This document shows, piece by piece, positions 50,185-62,980 of a stretch of 64,000 nt of DNA. Numbering within the stretch: the first letter of the stretch is position 1; the number at the start of each line of letters is the position of its first letter. A model generated the notes under the pieces. It made no database searches. It was not told the DNA's origin and was given only the letters and a program-made list of their open reading frames with translations. The translations under genes and the position numbers were made by a program. Where the stretch lies: assembly GCA_012026655.1 (NCBI GenBank), contig JAAILG010000015.1:62001-126000 (forward strand). Direction: 5' to 3'. Origin of the DNA: Hydrolagus affinis. Its lineage: Eukaryota.

Positions 50185-53100
50185 CGGCTTTCTCAATGAT
50201 GATAAATGGAACTGAAGAGACAGTGATATGCTTTGATACCAAGCACTCCTAGGCCACATCAGTAGTAACTGCCTAGAGGACAAGCAACTATCCAGAAGGG
50301 GATGATTGGGAAAGAGAAGCATAATTGAAGTGGTGATTTAATACAAGCCATCACCCAATAACTGAATAATAAGACCTCAAAAGATGCAACACTCAAATAT
50401 TCTTTATTGTGCACACTTGATTGAACCTTTGATATTTAGAAGTCTATGCATTCGATTGAAACTTTGTCTGATCTACAGTTGTGTATTTTGAGGCACAGAC
50501 CAGATTTTAGGATATATTCTGCAGAAAGGTCATCTGTCATTCAAGATGACACAACATGGAGTCTTTGAAGAGTCCAGTTAGCTTTCCTCCAGTGGTCGAT
50601 GGAATATCTGAAAGAAAAGCAGGTTAGTGCCGATATGACCTTTATTTGGACATTGAAAAGTATGACGTTTGGTGAGCTGGGTGCAAGATCATGACAGATA
50701 TCATTATTGTGAGCATGTTAACCTGTCTTAACATAATTCCCTGGTGAGAAGGGTAGGTTAATGATACCTTTCAGCTTTCAGTCACACATAGAGTATTTAA
50801 GGAGAGGGAATCCAAGATGCAAGGAAAGTTAACATTGAGTGTGCCACTTATTGGGTTTATCGGTCAATGACAAGCGAGTGAAGGCCCTCTTATTTAATTC
50901 TCTAGACACTATCACTTTGCAGGTTAACAACATTTATTGAGCAGTTGAGGAATTCTCCCAATTGAGTCGCACGTCTTCATCTCAAGGCTTAGTATTGGAA
51001 GTCAGTTAAGTGTAAGCAGTGGCGTGCCCAACATTAAATGGCTCTTTATCAATGTACTGTAAATTGCCACTGTTGTGGCCTTCCAGAAACATCTTATAGA
51101 TCAGTTGTCTTTGACTATTTCTGGAGCAATTTTGCTGAAAAAAAATTGGTCCAATTCACATCAAGCTCATTGAATGGCAATTCTTTAATTAGTATTAATT
51201 TTTATTATGAAAATTGTTTTGATGTGTTCATACAAGTGCATCGCTGCATATTAAAGAGGGAGACAGATGCACAAAGTTATCTCCTTTGATATCATTGCTG
51301 AACAAGTAATAACATTATAAATGTCCCTTAATGAGATTACGTTGGGCAGACTTGGCATTCGGAAACATTGTAAATTTTGACCCGTGTAGCTTTGAAGGAG
51401 ATCAGTAAAGCATTAAATTCAGCGCTTTTAATTTTTTGTTCAACCAGACTGTGCACTTCAAAATCAATGCAATTTATTGATGCTGCTCCTCAGGGTTGCA
51501 TATTTCTCACGTGTGAAGAAAACCTTTGAAATTCATTCATTCTGCATTTTGAGAAAACCCAAGGGAGTCTTGCACTTAAGAGGTTAAAAGATCTCAATTT
51601 ACTTTCAGCATTTTTTTTAAATTGTCACTTCTGTGGCACACCAGGGTGTAGACAGTAGAACCTAGCCATCTGTCCTCTCTTTTACTGCCAGTAATCTGCC
51701 ACTTGGCAGGGGTGTCAAACTGTACTGACACAGATTGTAATCTCTTTTAACCCTCCCAGGACCGCGGCAGCCGTTTTACCATGGAATAATGTAAATTAGA
51801 ATATAACTTTTTGTTCTTCAATGCCTGTTTTGTACATGCACAAGGAAGTGCCCTATGGTTATGTACACTTTCAGAAAATCACATGTTACCCCTGCAGCCA
51901 GAGACATTGGTCTTAGTTCTATAATCTTTTCACTGGTTCCGAGATTATCTTGAATACGATGTGCTGAGAATGTATGAGTTTTGTTCCTTTCCATTGAATT
52001 CATACATGCTGCTGTACATAGCCACAATTTAGATGCCAGCATATCAGAGAATTGTTCTCCTTTTGCAAAGATTTGCAAAACAATCTTTGCAAATCATGTT
52101 TTGGTCAAATGTATAATAAAATATACAATACAATCTATATTTCATGTCGGGCGGATGTCTCAAACGTGTTTGCCCACAAAACACGCATTCTTTGCACTCT
52201 ACAATATATTGGTTGAAGCGCTTTGAGATGACCTCCACATGCGAAAGCGCTTGGCTATGACCACGGCAATGATTGGATTGATTAATTAACACTGCCGGCT
52301 GGACAGCCGAGCCGGGGGTGGAAGTCGGGGGAAGAGATCTGAGGAGGTGAAAGATGAACAAAAAAACGGGGTCGAAAACGGCACGACTTAAAAATATGTA
52401 AACATGTCAAATTTGACATTTGTTTCAAGAAAGTGAATTTTAAAAAGGGTAAATTGGCAGCACTCTTGGCTTTATTTCTACCATCGAGAATGTAAGTGCT
52501 GACAGAGTTAAAATGCAATAACAAAACTGTTGGGGCTCTAGAAGCATTGATCCTTCAAATCCATGTTCCAATTTTACCTGTTGTTCCTAAATGCCTGGCA
52601 GCATGCGGTGGAATCCAAATATTTGCTGTGCAGGATCAAACCATAAATGTTAAACCAACTAGGCTCCAATAAAGAATGTGTAGCATCAAGCCTGTTATTC
52701 GATGAAAACACTTGTTTGAAAATTGCAAAGGGAATTTGGTAAAATTCGGGGTTAAAGAGACAGTAATAGACAGATGTGAAACGAATTCTCTGTGGGTCTC
52801 CAAATAAATATGATTCTAAACACCGTCTAAAGGGCCATAGAATCCCATCAGTGAGGATTGGGAGGGAGTCATTATCACAACAGCTTAATCAGAATAGTCT
52901 TAAGTCATCACCACTATCGACCACGCAGACCAACATGGCAGAGGGGAATGGGCCACGAATGGGCTTCCAGCAAAGTTATTTGAAGTTACAATGGACATTG
53001 TTAGCCTGCTTAAGACAAGAAGATTACAACGATGGCATTTCAGAGCAGCTTGTTTGTTAACTCAAACATCGGTGGTACCAGAAACGCAAGGGGTAAAATT

Positions 53101-53269
53101 CTACCGGGCTTTACATTTACATTATGTCCTTCACATTTCAAATGACCAAATTTGGACAAATTTCCTAAATACAATCTTCACTTTGAAGCCGGAATCCTGT
53201 AAATTCTATCCTCCATATGGACTCCGCTTTCACTTTGGATATTTTGACCCATCACCACCACCATCACCA

Positions 53270-53541
53270 ACAACAACAAAATTACATTTATAGATAGCCT
53301 TTCACGTCAGGAGGATGTCCCAAGGCGCTGAACAGTCATGTCGAGACCCAAGCAAGGGAGAAGGGCAGGGCAGGGTAGAGGGGCAGGAGAGGGTTAGGAT
53401 TGGAGGGAGAGAATTGGGAGGGCAGCAGAAGGCGCGTTTGAAGAGGAGGGTCTTGAGACTGGCCTTGAAGGAGGCGAGGGAGGGAGCGAGGCGAAGGGAC
53501 TGTGGATGGAGTTCTAGAGTGTGGGGGCAGAGAGGCTGAAA
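53270..53541 (-). mobile_element. L2 3' end
   Basis: Same family as 12694-13068: minus SFKASLKTLLFKRAF, tail (TTG)n. Confidence 0.88.
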
Positions 53542-53548
53542 GTTCTTA

Positions 53549-53945
53549 TTTGGATTTAAAGGCTGTAATTTTGAAACATCTGTTCCAAAGTGTTAATCAA
53601 GAAATCCACTTAGTTTTAAAACACATATCACTGTGTGCAATACGCTCATTTGCTTTTGTATCATGTTCAAACATAATGCACTTTCATAACGCTGGATTTT
53701 ATGGTTGAAAAAGGTAGGTGATGTTGCTATTTGCTTTTTGTTTTGCTGTGGGCCCATTTTTCTTAGTAGAATTTTGCATCTGTATTCTTCTGCAGTAATT
53801 GAGGAGATGTGAGGAGAGTTGCAATGAGTCCCAGTAGTCTTGTGGTAGATGTGTTCTTCAGTCCCTGGTGATCCAGGCAAGATTTTTTTCCTACCTAAGA
53901 ATGGAAAGGAACAGATGTTTCAAAATTGCAGCCTCTAAATCCAAA
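53549..53945. repeat. 38-bp inverted repeat pair enclosing 321 bp
   Basis: TTTGGATTTAAAGGCTGTAATTTTGAAACATCTGTTCC (53549-53586) vs GGAACAGATGTTTCAAAATTGCAGCCTCTAAATCCAAA (53908-53945): 36/38 complementary. Confidence 0.9.
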
Positions 53946-55749
53946 ATTCATATTTATCTATAGTGCATAGATTCTACTCCATTTAATTGGACATTTTTAT
54001 GACATAACCGTAATGCTTAAGACAACATTTTCTATTTTAATGGCAGTATTTGTGCCTTTAGCCTTTTTTAAAAAAAATATTCAATGAATCACAGTTTGGA
54101 ATCAATGCGAAAATTAACCCTGTGGGAGTTTTTCACCTTCTGTTTCAGAAAATATTTATTTAAAAAGAAAGTCAGGCATGTTATTTTATTATACGGACAT
54201 ATAGTGTATAAATTATATAATAATGTCTTGCAGTAAAGTTATATTTTACACAGGGTGGAAATATAATCTAGAAAGAGGTACCAAAAATCCCATCAATTAT
54301 ACAACAAAGTGGCGGAAAAATTCTACCAGCAAAACAGTTAAAAAGCAAATGAAAATATAAGTTTCATTTTTGCTCTGTGTCTATATAGCATAGAAACATT
54401 CTGAGGGCCAGGCTTAGTGCTGAGAGCACTGTCCGACAAGTAGAAAGAATTGTAATTAAACAATATCCACAATAACTTACGTTTACATGTTGCCCTTCAC
54501 CCAGGGTAATGTCTCGGACTGCTTAAGACTGTTAGGGGGGTGAGGTTGTTAGGAGGGCAGATTTAGCGATCAGGCAAGGGGCATGGTTTTGCAATACTGG
54601 AACCCAAAGATACATTGATCACACTCGCAGCTGTGCTTTCGTGAGCACATTCCAGTGCCGTATCCCCGAGAGTTGCCCAAACAGAAAAGTTGAACTTTCC
54701 TCACAACGAGATGGCGGTAATTAAAGGCTTTGTTACAGAGAATTGAAGGTTTTGTTACATTTTCCGGAAAGACAGGCAAACTATTTTGTAGATTGTTAAC
54801 TGCCTGCTTCGATATAACGCATGTAAAACATTCCTATTCATTATATTAAATAATGGCGGAAAACAGGAAAAAGATAATAATATGTAACAATTCAATAACA
54901 AAGGGCATTTTCTATTTTAGAGCAAAGAGAAAAGCCCTTACTCACATTTCATCTTCATGAATTTCACGCCACCTTCAGTATTTAAAGAAATTCCCCAAGA
55001 AGTGATTAGAGAAAATGATGACACGAGGAAGGTTAGCGCTCCTGTAATTAGTATAGACATATGATGGGTGTCAAGGTGTCTGGGGCCTTGGGCAAGGCAG
55101 AACTGCAGCAGTGAAGGGGCATTTGTTGATTCCAGCAACATAGTCTGTGTGCAGTCTAGTGTGAAAGTGTCCTGGGAAGTCCTTTCTTAGTTCATATGGG
55201 AAATGTCTGCGCAGTTGTCTCCTCAAATCAGTACTGGGAATAGCCTTGAGTTCTTCTTTCGCATGTTATAATTCCACTGTGTTCTCCAGTGTAACTTCCA
55301 TGGGGCTGTGAGGAGACACATTTCCTGTCACCAGTTTCTTTCTTACAAAGACTGCGAGGGCAACCGCCCTTCCTTGTACAGAAAAGTGGAGCGACTGGGT
55401 GATGATTAGGGTACTAGAGGGGACAGAATGTTGGACCTGACATCTGGATTCACAGAAATTTTACTTGCAGAGTTTCTAAATTAGGAGTAATGTACTCCTT
55501 TGATAACATTTATCTTTAGGGTCTAATGCAGCCAATGTGCCCCACACATTAATCTAAAACTGTCTTGTGCTGTTAGTAGATTAAAGTGGAAGTATTTGAT
55601 TTCGCAGCAGTTTCAAGCATTTCTTTTATATAAAACCCTGCCTGACAGAATATTGGAATAAATTATGCAGTCTGACAGAGGACATTGAATGCCTTTGGGA
55701 TCTGTAATATGGTTACATGGAATGTGAAAAAAAAATCCACATAAATTAA

Positions 55750-56190
55750 GGCAATAGGAGATATCCGTTCTGCAGACTATGCAGAACCTTATTGACAGTT
55801 ATGACTGTGGTGGGGGCTTTGACCTCAATTACCCTGACCACAAGTTGACCTCGGTCATAGATCATCACATGGTTAATGAACAGTTGTCGAAATGTGCCCT
55901 CTATCACCTTGATGAAACGGTATGTCAATTTCTGTCTTGTGGGAAAGTCCTAAATGATACTTTGTGTTCCCCACCTCTCCATCATCATCCTTGGAAATCT
56001 ACACTGCACTCTCTCCGATGCTGTAATATTCTTCCCATAATATGGCAACCAGAACTGTGGATAGTGCTGCAAATGTGCACTTATATAAAGTGTAGAAATA
56101 ATTCCTTGGTGTGAATATTGCAATGGGCTCACCTCTTCAGCTACATGCTTGACCTCATCAATAAATTTACATCCTCTATATTGTTAATAA
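55750..56190 (-). mobile_element. Decayed CR1 ORF2 C-terminal region
   Basis: Minus LYISAHLQHYPQFWLPYYGKNITASERVQCRFPRMM resembles CR1 LY..LVRPHLEYC.QFWSP...KDI..LERVQRRFTRMI. Confidence 0.85.
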
Positions 56191-57002
56191 CATCAGACTA
56201 CTTCATTGCTGAACTAGCAGCTTTAGAAAAAAAGACGCCAAAACGATTTTTAAACGACTGAACAATTTCTCAGGCAGGTGACTATGTTGATATGATTCAT
56301 CCCAAACCCCCTGGCACTAAGCTGCAGGCAGATGGCAAGAGAAGTCCAGGTTCACTTGTTCTGTTGTTTTCTCTCCTGTTTTAGGAGTACAACACTTCTC
56401 TCAATACCTTCCCAAAGAGAGCTGCCATGATTGGTAAATTAAGGTGCCGGGAATCAAAGAATAATAATCCTTACATTTTGAGAGATAGAACATCTTTCAC
56501 ATCAGGAGGAGCTCTCAAAATGCTTCACGGGATATACTGTAAAGTGCAATAATTGTGTACTCAAGGTCAACTGCCCACATTTTATAACCTCATTGCTGCA
56601 AGTTGTCGTACACTAACATAATGCTTGACAACAGCCTGACACCGCACCTTTGAAATGTCATTTCTCATAAAGTGTGTATTCTACTAGAACTAACAGAATT
56701 ATGATTTAATTAAACAGAATCTGTACCTGGATTAAATGGGCATCTGCTAATGTGGTCACAACCACTGGTAACTTAGCAACATCGCTAAATGGACCTGTTT
56801 CATCTGCATGTCGAGTTAACTGTTTGTAGCTGAAATGATTTAAGAGACTGAAAGTTTGGATTTAGGTGCACTTTGTCATTGACAGTCAATAATGTCAATT
56901 GTTTCTCATTGATCCGATTTCTAGTCATGTATAAGAAAGTTTCTGACAATTGTCAGTCTTAAGGATGCAGTGTTCATAGTTGCAATTCCTCTAAATTCAG
57001 AG

Positions 57003-57224
57003 GCTTCAAATTCCACCTATTCATAAACTGTAAGACCATTTTGTCTTAAAATTCGGGGTCACACAGAATTGTGGAAACCTCACTAATTCACCCTACATTT
57101 GGAACATAGGTTTCTGCAGTTCTTCCAAATTTAACTGACTTCGGGAATTTTCCATAACACCGCATGAACCATTTATGTTAAGACAAAACAGACTTACAGG
57201 CAAAGATCAGATGGAATTTCAGGC
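57003..57224. mobile_element. Nested palindromic MITE-like element
   Basis: Outer imperfect TIR AAATTCCACCT...CTGTAAGACCATTTTGTCTTAA / TTAAGACAAAACAGACTTACAG...AGATGGAATTT; inner AGAATTGTGGAAACCT / AGGTTTCTGCAGTTCT. Confidence 0.6.
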
Positions 57225-57449
57225 CAGAGCTTTTCAAATGAAATATCTCAAACCTAGCACCCACAAACTTTTTATAGTTTGGGATAAAAGTACAAGCTAA
57301 AGCTTTATCTTTCCAAACTGTTGCCCTTGTTGCTTACTTGCGCTGTTATTCTCCAGATGCACTTCTGAATCCCAATAGTTTATTTGCTTTTACAAAAAGC
57401 TTCAAGAACTACTGTATGATGAAACTTCAAAAACTATGCTAACTGTTAT

Positions 57450-58450
57450 TCCCAACTGGAACTATCCCTGATTCATCTATTTTAATAAATCGCCCAACAT
57501 TTTCGTAATCCAACTAGTTCTAAACTATCAAATATCCATTCTATTGTGCTTCCCAATATTAAGCCCCGATTGTGTTTTAGTTGCACATTAATCAGTCTTT
57601 ATTCTCGCAGGAATTTATGCTTAGCCTACAAATATCCTGCATCCCCACAAAATCATCCACAAACATAATTTCCCCTGTAATTCCTTCAACAAAGAGGAAA
57701 ATCATAGAGAACATTAGCGATCCCAGGGACGATTTCTCATTACCAGGCTGGTCACATCTTTCCAATTAGATGTACCGCCATTGATTAGAACCTTCTGTTT
57801 CTATTATTTAGTCAAATGATTATCAAATTAATCATCCTGCTTTATCAGGAGCTTCCACCGCAGTCTCAAATCTCCTGTGAGCAATCCAATGAATCACATT
57901 CACAAGGTCACAGTGTATCAAGTCTACAGCAAAACCATCAACCACCCATTTTGTTTTTGTTACTTCCTCAAAAGTTTCCAATAAGTATGATAGACAATGG
58001 CCTGCTTTTCATAACACTGGGTTCATTTAGAATTATGACCTTTTTTTATTATCAATTGTCCCTGTGTTCCTTTCTAATAGACGTCAGTATTTTTCCTGTT
58101 ACATATGTCACGTTAACAGGGCTATAATTCCCAGGGCCTTACCTTTAACCTTCAATTGGAAATTGGAACAATATTAGCTATTTTCCAATCTTCTGGTACC
58201 ACCTCTATATTTAATGATGTGTCAAAAATTTCAGCCACAGCTTCTTTCTACCTCATTTAATTCAGTATTCTTGGATGTATTCCACCTGGTTCTGTTGCCT
58301 TATGAATATTCAAATACTCTGGTACGTTTAATGATCGTATCAACACTAATCTCTATTTTCTTCAAATATATAAGTGCTTTCTCCACCTTTAAAAGCAATT
58401 GATAGGAGAGAAAAAAAAGCATTTAAAAGATGCATTACCATACTTCTTTT
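57450..58450 (-). mobile_element. Decayed CR1 ORF2 reverse-transcriptase region
   Basis: Minus strand gives KATEPGGIHPRIL...VVPEDWKIANIVPI...PGNYSPV, resembling CR1 KSPGPDGIHPRVL...VPEDWKIANV.PIFKKG...PGNYRPV. Confidence 0.85.
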
Positions 58451-59154
58451 ATATTAAGGCACAACCTATTTTTAACATTTTGCCATTAATGAACATAAAG
58501 GAATCCTCACACTTGGTGATAATGTCCAATTAGATTACGGAAATCTTAAATGTAAAGACAAAACACTCCTTAAATAAATCTTTGTTTTACCTTTAAATCT
58601 CCCACCAACTGGGACCAAGTCTCACAGCTCAATCTGCATATCGGTAGAATAGAGGTAGAATCTTGGCAATGAGGAGGCAAATTGAAAATGAAAAAAAATG
58701 AAGAAACTTAAGATTTTGCATGTGGATTCTGCAATCATCGCTTTGAGAATAACAGCTAGAATCATTGAGTCCCATAAATGTCTAAAAAATTGAGAACCTC
58801 AACACATTTGCTTAATCAAATTGAACAGTAAAATACTTAAGAGAGATCCACTGAGTATCAATCTAATGAGGTAGTTCTGATGCCCAACGACCTTACAAGA
58901 ATAATCATGGAATTTGGACTATTCAATTATAAGCAGCATTGGGGTACACTATAGCCCTTTCTAATGCGCTTTTCTTATGTGCAAGGTCTGGTTTAATGCA
59001 AGGGAAAAGTATGCTTAGTACATGATCATTCATATGCAAGTCAAATGATTTCCCTGATCTTTAAATGTCAGATTTGCAGTGCGGCTTTGAATGTAATGGC
59101 AGTACCTTGTAGTATTCCTGACCTGATGTTCAATGCTGGTGATGCAGAAATCAA

Positions 59155-59450
59155 AGCTCTGGTTTGCATTTTTATAATCGTGCACCTTTTCATTATAATT
59201 TTTTAGCCTTGCCTTTAATGTAATATCAAGTCTAACTGTACAATAATCACTGGAGCCCATGCATTCATCCGCTGTCAGGTTACTGATCAGTTCTGGTGAA
59301 CTGTAAAACACTAAATTGAACATACAAGCTGCTTAACTGTCTGCTTTGGATAGTGTCAAGTAGCAGTTACTGATCACTTCTAAACTATTGAAGAGCATGA
59401 GTAGAGGAGGTAGCTCCAGTATAGATGGATGCAACATTGTAAGGTCAATG
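59155..59450 (-). mobile_element. Decayed CR1 endonuclease C-terminal region
   Basis: NLVFYSSPELISNLTADECMGSSDYCTVRLDI...YKNAN resembles LDLVL...PEL...V.E.LG.SDH...F.I...FKKAN; collinear with 57450-58450. Confidence 0.75.
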
Positions 59451-59492
59451 AACAATCTCCAAAAACAACAACTTGCCTTTATGCTTTGCCCT

Positions 59493-59620
59493 TATCCTTG
59501 CATTTGATATAGCATTTGATCCCACAGTTGAGATGTCTAGAAAAGTTTTGCAAAATATATTGTAAAGTGGACTGATTGTATTTTATGGGCAAAACGCAGC
59601 AGCCAATTGAGCGTAATTGC
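59493..59620 (-). mobile_element. SINE 3' half
   Basis: ATCCTTGCATTTGATATAGC...GGGCAAAACGCAGCAGCCAATTG. Confidence 0.8.
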
Positions 59621-60599
59621 AGCTTGGGATGGAGTGAGTGGAAAGTCAAAGAGTTAGGTCTTGAGGTGTGATTTATCGATTGATAAAATGGGCAGAGGGG
59701 CAAAGGAGAAAGATTGAGGGAGAGGATTGTAGGAGCATGGCTGTTACCTATGTGATAATGTTGATGATTATATAATATGTCTAGAATATATTGAACCTTC
59801 TCTTTTCATTGTCCCCATTATGACCACTTTACCTCTGAGAAACCACTGACATATCTGCAAATACGCAGTTACTATCCTTGACAGAAAACTCTGTGAAGTG
59901 CTTTGAGATGTGACAAGGCACATCTTGTCTGCTTCAAATGCAGAGATTATTAAATGCAAGGATTATTGAACTGAAACCTTTCATGATTATCACATTTCCT
60001 GTCTTCTCATTTTCTTGGTTAATCTACTTTCTATCTACTTGTTTATTTTAAGTTGGGAATTAATAGAAGTTGCCAGTTATCATTTTGTAGCTTGTATGTT
60101 AGCCCACGTTGCTATAGTCACCGTTCCTTCCTCTGTTATACGTCTCTTCCCCATCTCTTTCCTCAAAAGAGCTACGATCTTTCCTTAACAATAATACCAC
60201 TCCACCCTACACCCAGCTGCTTAGGTCTAATTTTGTAAAATATTTGATACTCTGTTAGCCCCATCTCATGGTCAGGCTCCACGACCAGTCATGTTTGTAT
60301 CACATCAATATTTTCTTAGTGTCACTGTAACTCTGTGTGCAGATTCTGTGTGCAAGAATGTAAATTAGATTCATTTTAATTTGGTCTTCCATTTGTTTAT
60401 TTGTTTGCCTGGATAATATTTAAATGACAACACGTCTCGAATTATTGAAAATCCTGCTTGCAAACGGGGGTTCCTCTTTAATCTCCAAATCCTTTGAATT
60501 GAATGATCCAACTTTTGACATGACAATTTCATTACTAAGTTTGACAATATATTCCAGAGTGCCACGTTGTTAAAAGTGACTGTTCTGACAGGCTCGTTT

Positions 60600-60898
60600 T
60601 AATAATAATCCTTGCATGTGATGTTGTGCTTTTCATGTCTTTTTGACTTCTCAAAGCTCTTAGAAAATCCTGTAAAGTGAAGTGACTATATTTGTGGGTA
60701 AATGTGGCAGCCAATTATGTGCGCAGTAGTTTCCCACAAACAGTCGTGGATTAAAGGAACCATTTTATTAATTTTTTCTTCAGGGATTATTATTATCAGT
60801 CGTGTGGAGCAAGGAAACTTGCCCAAGGTTTCGCCCTGCCGGGAATCGAACCCAGGTCTCTTGTGTGCAATGCGCATGCTCTAACCACTGAGCTACAG
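60600..60898 (-). mobile_element. Full-length tRNA-derived SINE (short variant)
   Basis: Minus CTGTAGCTCAGTGGTTAGAGCATGCGC...CCTGGGTTCGATTCCCGGCAGGGCGAAACCTTGGGCAAGTTTCC. Confidence 0.92.
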
Positions 60899-62544
60899 AA
60901 CAACACAATTGCTTAAAACAATGGCAATGACATAAGGAGATGACGGTGTTTGGAAGCACTGCATGCTGAGTGGCTTGGTTCACACAGTATCGCTCTTTGG
61001 AAAGCTGCAAAAAGCAGCAAGAAACAAACAGAAACATAATCACGGACACTGCTTTAGATTTTACAGCAATAGGCGTGATGTGTTTGGCAGTAGAGATGGA
61101 GAAGGAAATGTTAAGAACTCAAATCCCATTATTAGCTGAATTGAAATCTTTGTATCATTCACAAAGATAATTTGTTCTGTGACACCCACGTAGGTTCCAG
61201 CAGTCTTTTCCAACTCTAGTGCTAAAAACTTCACATCAGAGAAAAAATATTATTTTGGTTGTTCTCGATGTTCCTAATACTGTAATATAATGTTACTGAT
61301 AAGACAGTGTAGTCATTATTACCACAAGGACAGAATTTTTTTTTAAATTGTAAAACCTTAAGAACACATTCGGGATTGAACATTCTACCCTCCCACCTTC
61401 AGGAGGTCGATTCAGCTGAAGGTCCAATTTTGTCAATATGTGTTTTCTTGCGTTAGTGTCAAACACTTTGAGATATCCTCCCGACATGAAAACACTAAGT
61501 GTTAATTGTATTTCTTATATTATTCTTGCTGCGTTGAACCTCTGTTTCACTGAACTACTGATTTGATTGTAAGATGCTTAATAACCAAAAAGGACATTTC
61601 AATTTAACTGGACTTACATCAGTGATATTTATCACATCACGCAGAACGTTATGTTCCCCCCCACTGCTCCCCCAGCCCCACCCACTCCTCCCATCATTAC
61701 TATTATAGGAACAGGACCGAGCCATTAAACCTATTTTTCCTGTTCCAACATTTTAATTGACTGCAGCAGATCTTTTAATCCCATTTTCTTTCTTGTGATT
61801 GTTAGCAGAGCAATTTGTTTTCCTTGAGCAGTTCAGCACGATATGTCATCATGGTTTGTTTGACATCATCCCTTACTAGCATTCTTCATCTTCACTTTTC
61901 TGTTTTGAGTGCAAAAAAAAAAAAAATTTCAATATTTCCATTAGAAACACATCTTAATCACGTCACCGAGATGTCTCAAAGCGATTCACAGGATTTTGGT
62001 GTGTAGTGCAATGACTGCATCTGCTGAAAGGCGTCCACTGATTAAGGGAACGGTTAATAAGGTCAGAGCAGCTTTGACGGATGATGACCGTCCAGGGGAG
62101 ACTTGTTATACCAGTTGCGGTGAATAGATGAAAATGTGGGAATAAAAATTGGCAACAAATGGTTATTCTGCCACGATTTGCCTCATTACAACAGTAAACT
62201 AAAGCAAGACTGAGACAAGTCATGTCAGGTACATTGTTTGGAACTCAGCAGGGGCTCGATGCCACAACCTCTCACATCTAAAATCCTTGTAAAGCTGCAA
62301 GATGTACAACCCTAACACGAATGGAAGATGCGGGTTAGCACATTGATGGAATATTAGAAAATATAATGAATCAATGTCCTCAAAGTCGTTGGGTGTGAAT
62401 TAAGTCACCTGTCAGCTAATTGACTAGATTTCACAGCATGAATCAGGAAAAAATGCCGTTCTTTCATTATAAGTGCGTGCTACCCAGGACAGTACATTTG
62501 TCCACCTCATCTGGGGAATTATTGTCCAGGATACCGGGCGAAAC

Positions 62545-62700
62545 TTAGAAAGAGTTCCGTCTCTTTCTAAATAGCATCACAGAATTTTTAACATTCCATC
62601 TGAATCTGGTCGTTGTTTTTGTGTCCCTTCTGAAGGTTAGCAATACAGATAAAAATCAGGCTCCTTAACACCGCATTGGAGTGTCAGCCGAGACTAATGA
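62545..62700 (-). mobile_element. Deu-domain SINE core fragment
   Basis: TTTTTAACATTCCATCTGAA...CACCGCATTGGAGTGTCAGCC. Confidence 0.5.
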
Positions 62701-62779
62701 TCTTAATCTTGAAATGTGGTTAAAATGAGACATTTTACCCCCAAAATGTTGTTAGCTCTGCAAAGTATAGCACTAATGA

Positions 62780-62980
62780 TGTCATTACAGATAAGTGATG
62801 GTAAATGCTGTGGTGGTGATATCGTGACATTATAATTGATCGTACAGTGATGGCAGGTGCGGTTGTGGTATTGTAATTGGACTGTGATAGTTGATGGTTA
62901 AGTGATGATAAAGTGACGGCAGATGGTGCGGTGTGGGTATTAGCGATGTTACAGTGACGGTGACGGTAAAGTAATGCTAT
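62780..62980. repeat. Degenerate (GRT)n low-complexity tract
   Basis: GTGATGGTAAATGCTGTGGTGGTGATATCGTGAC... Confidence 0.6.
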
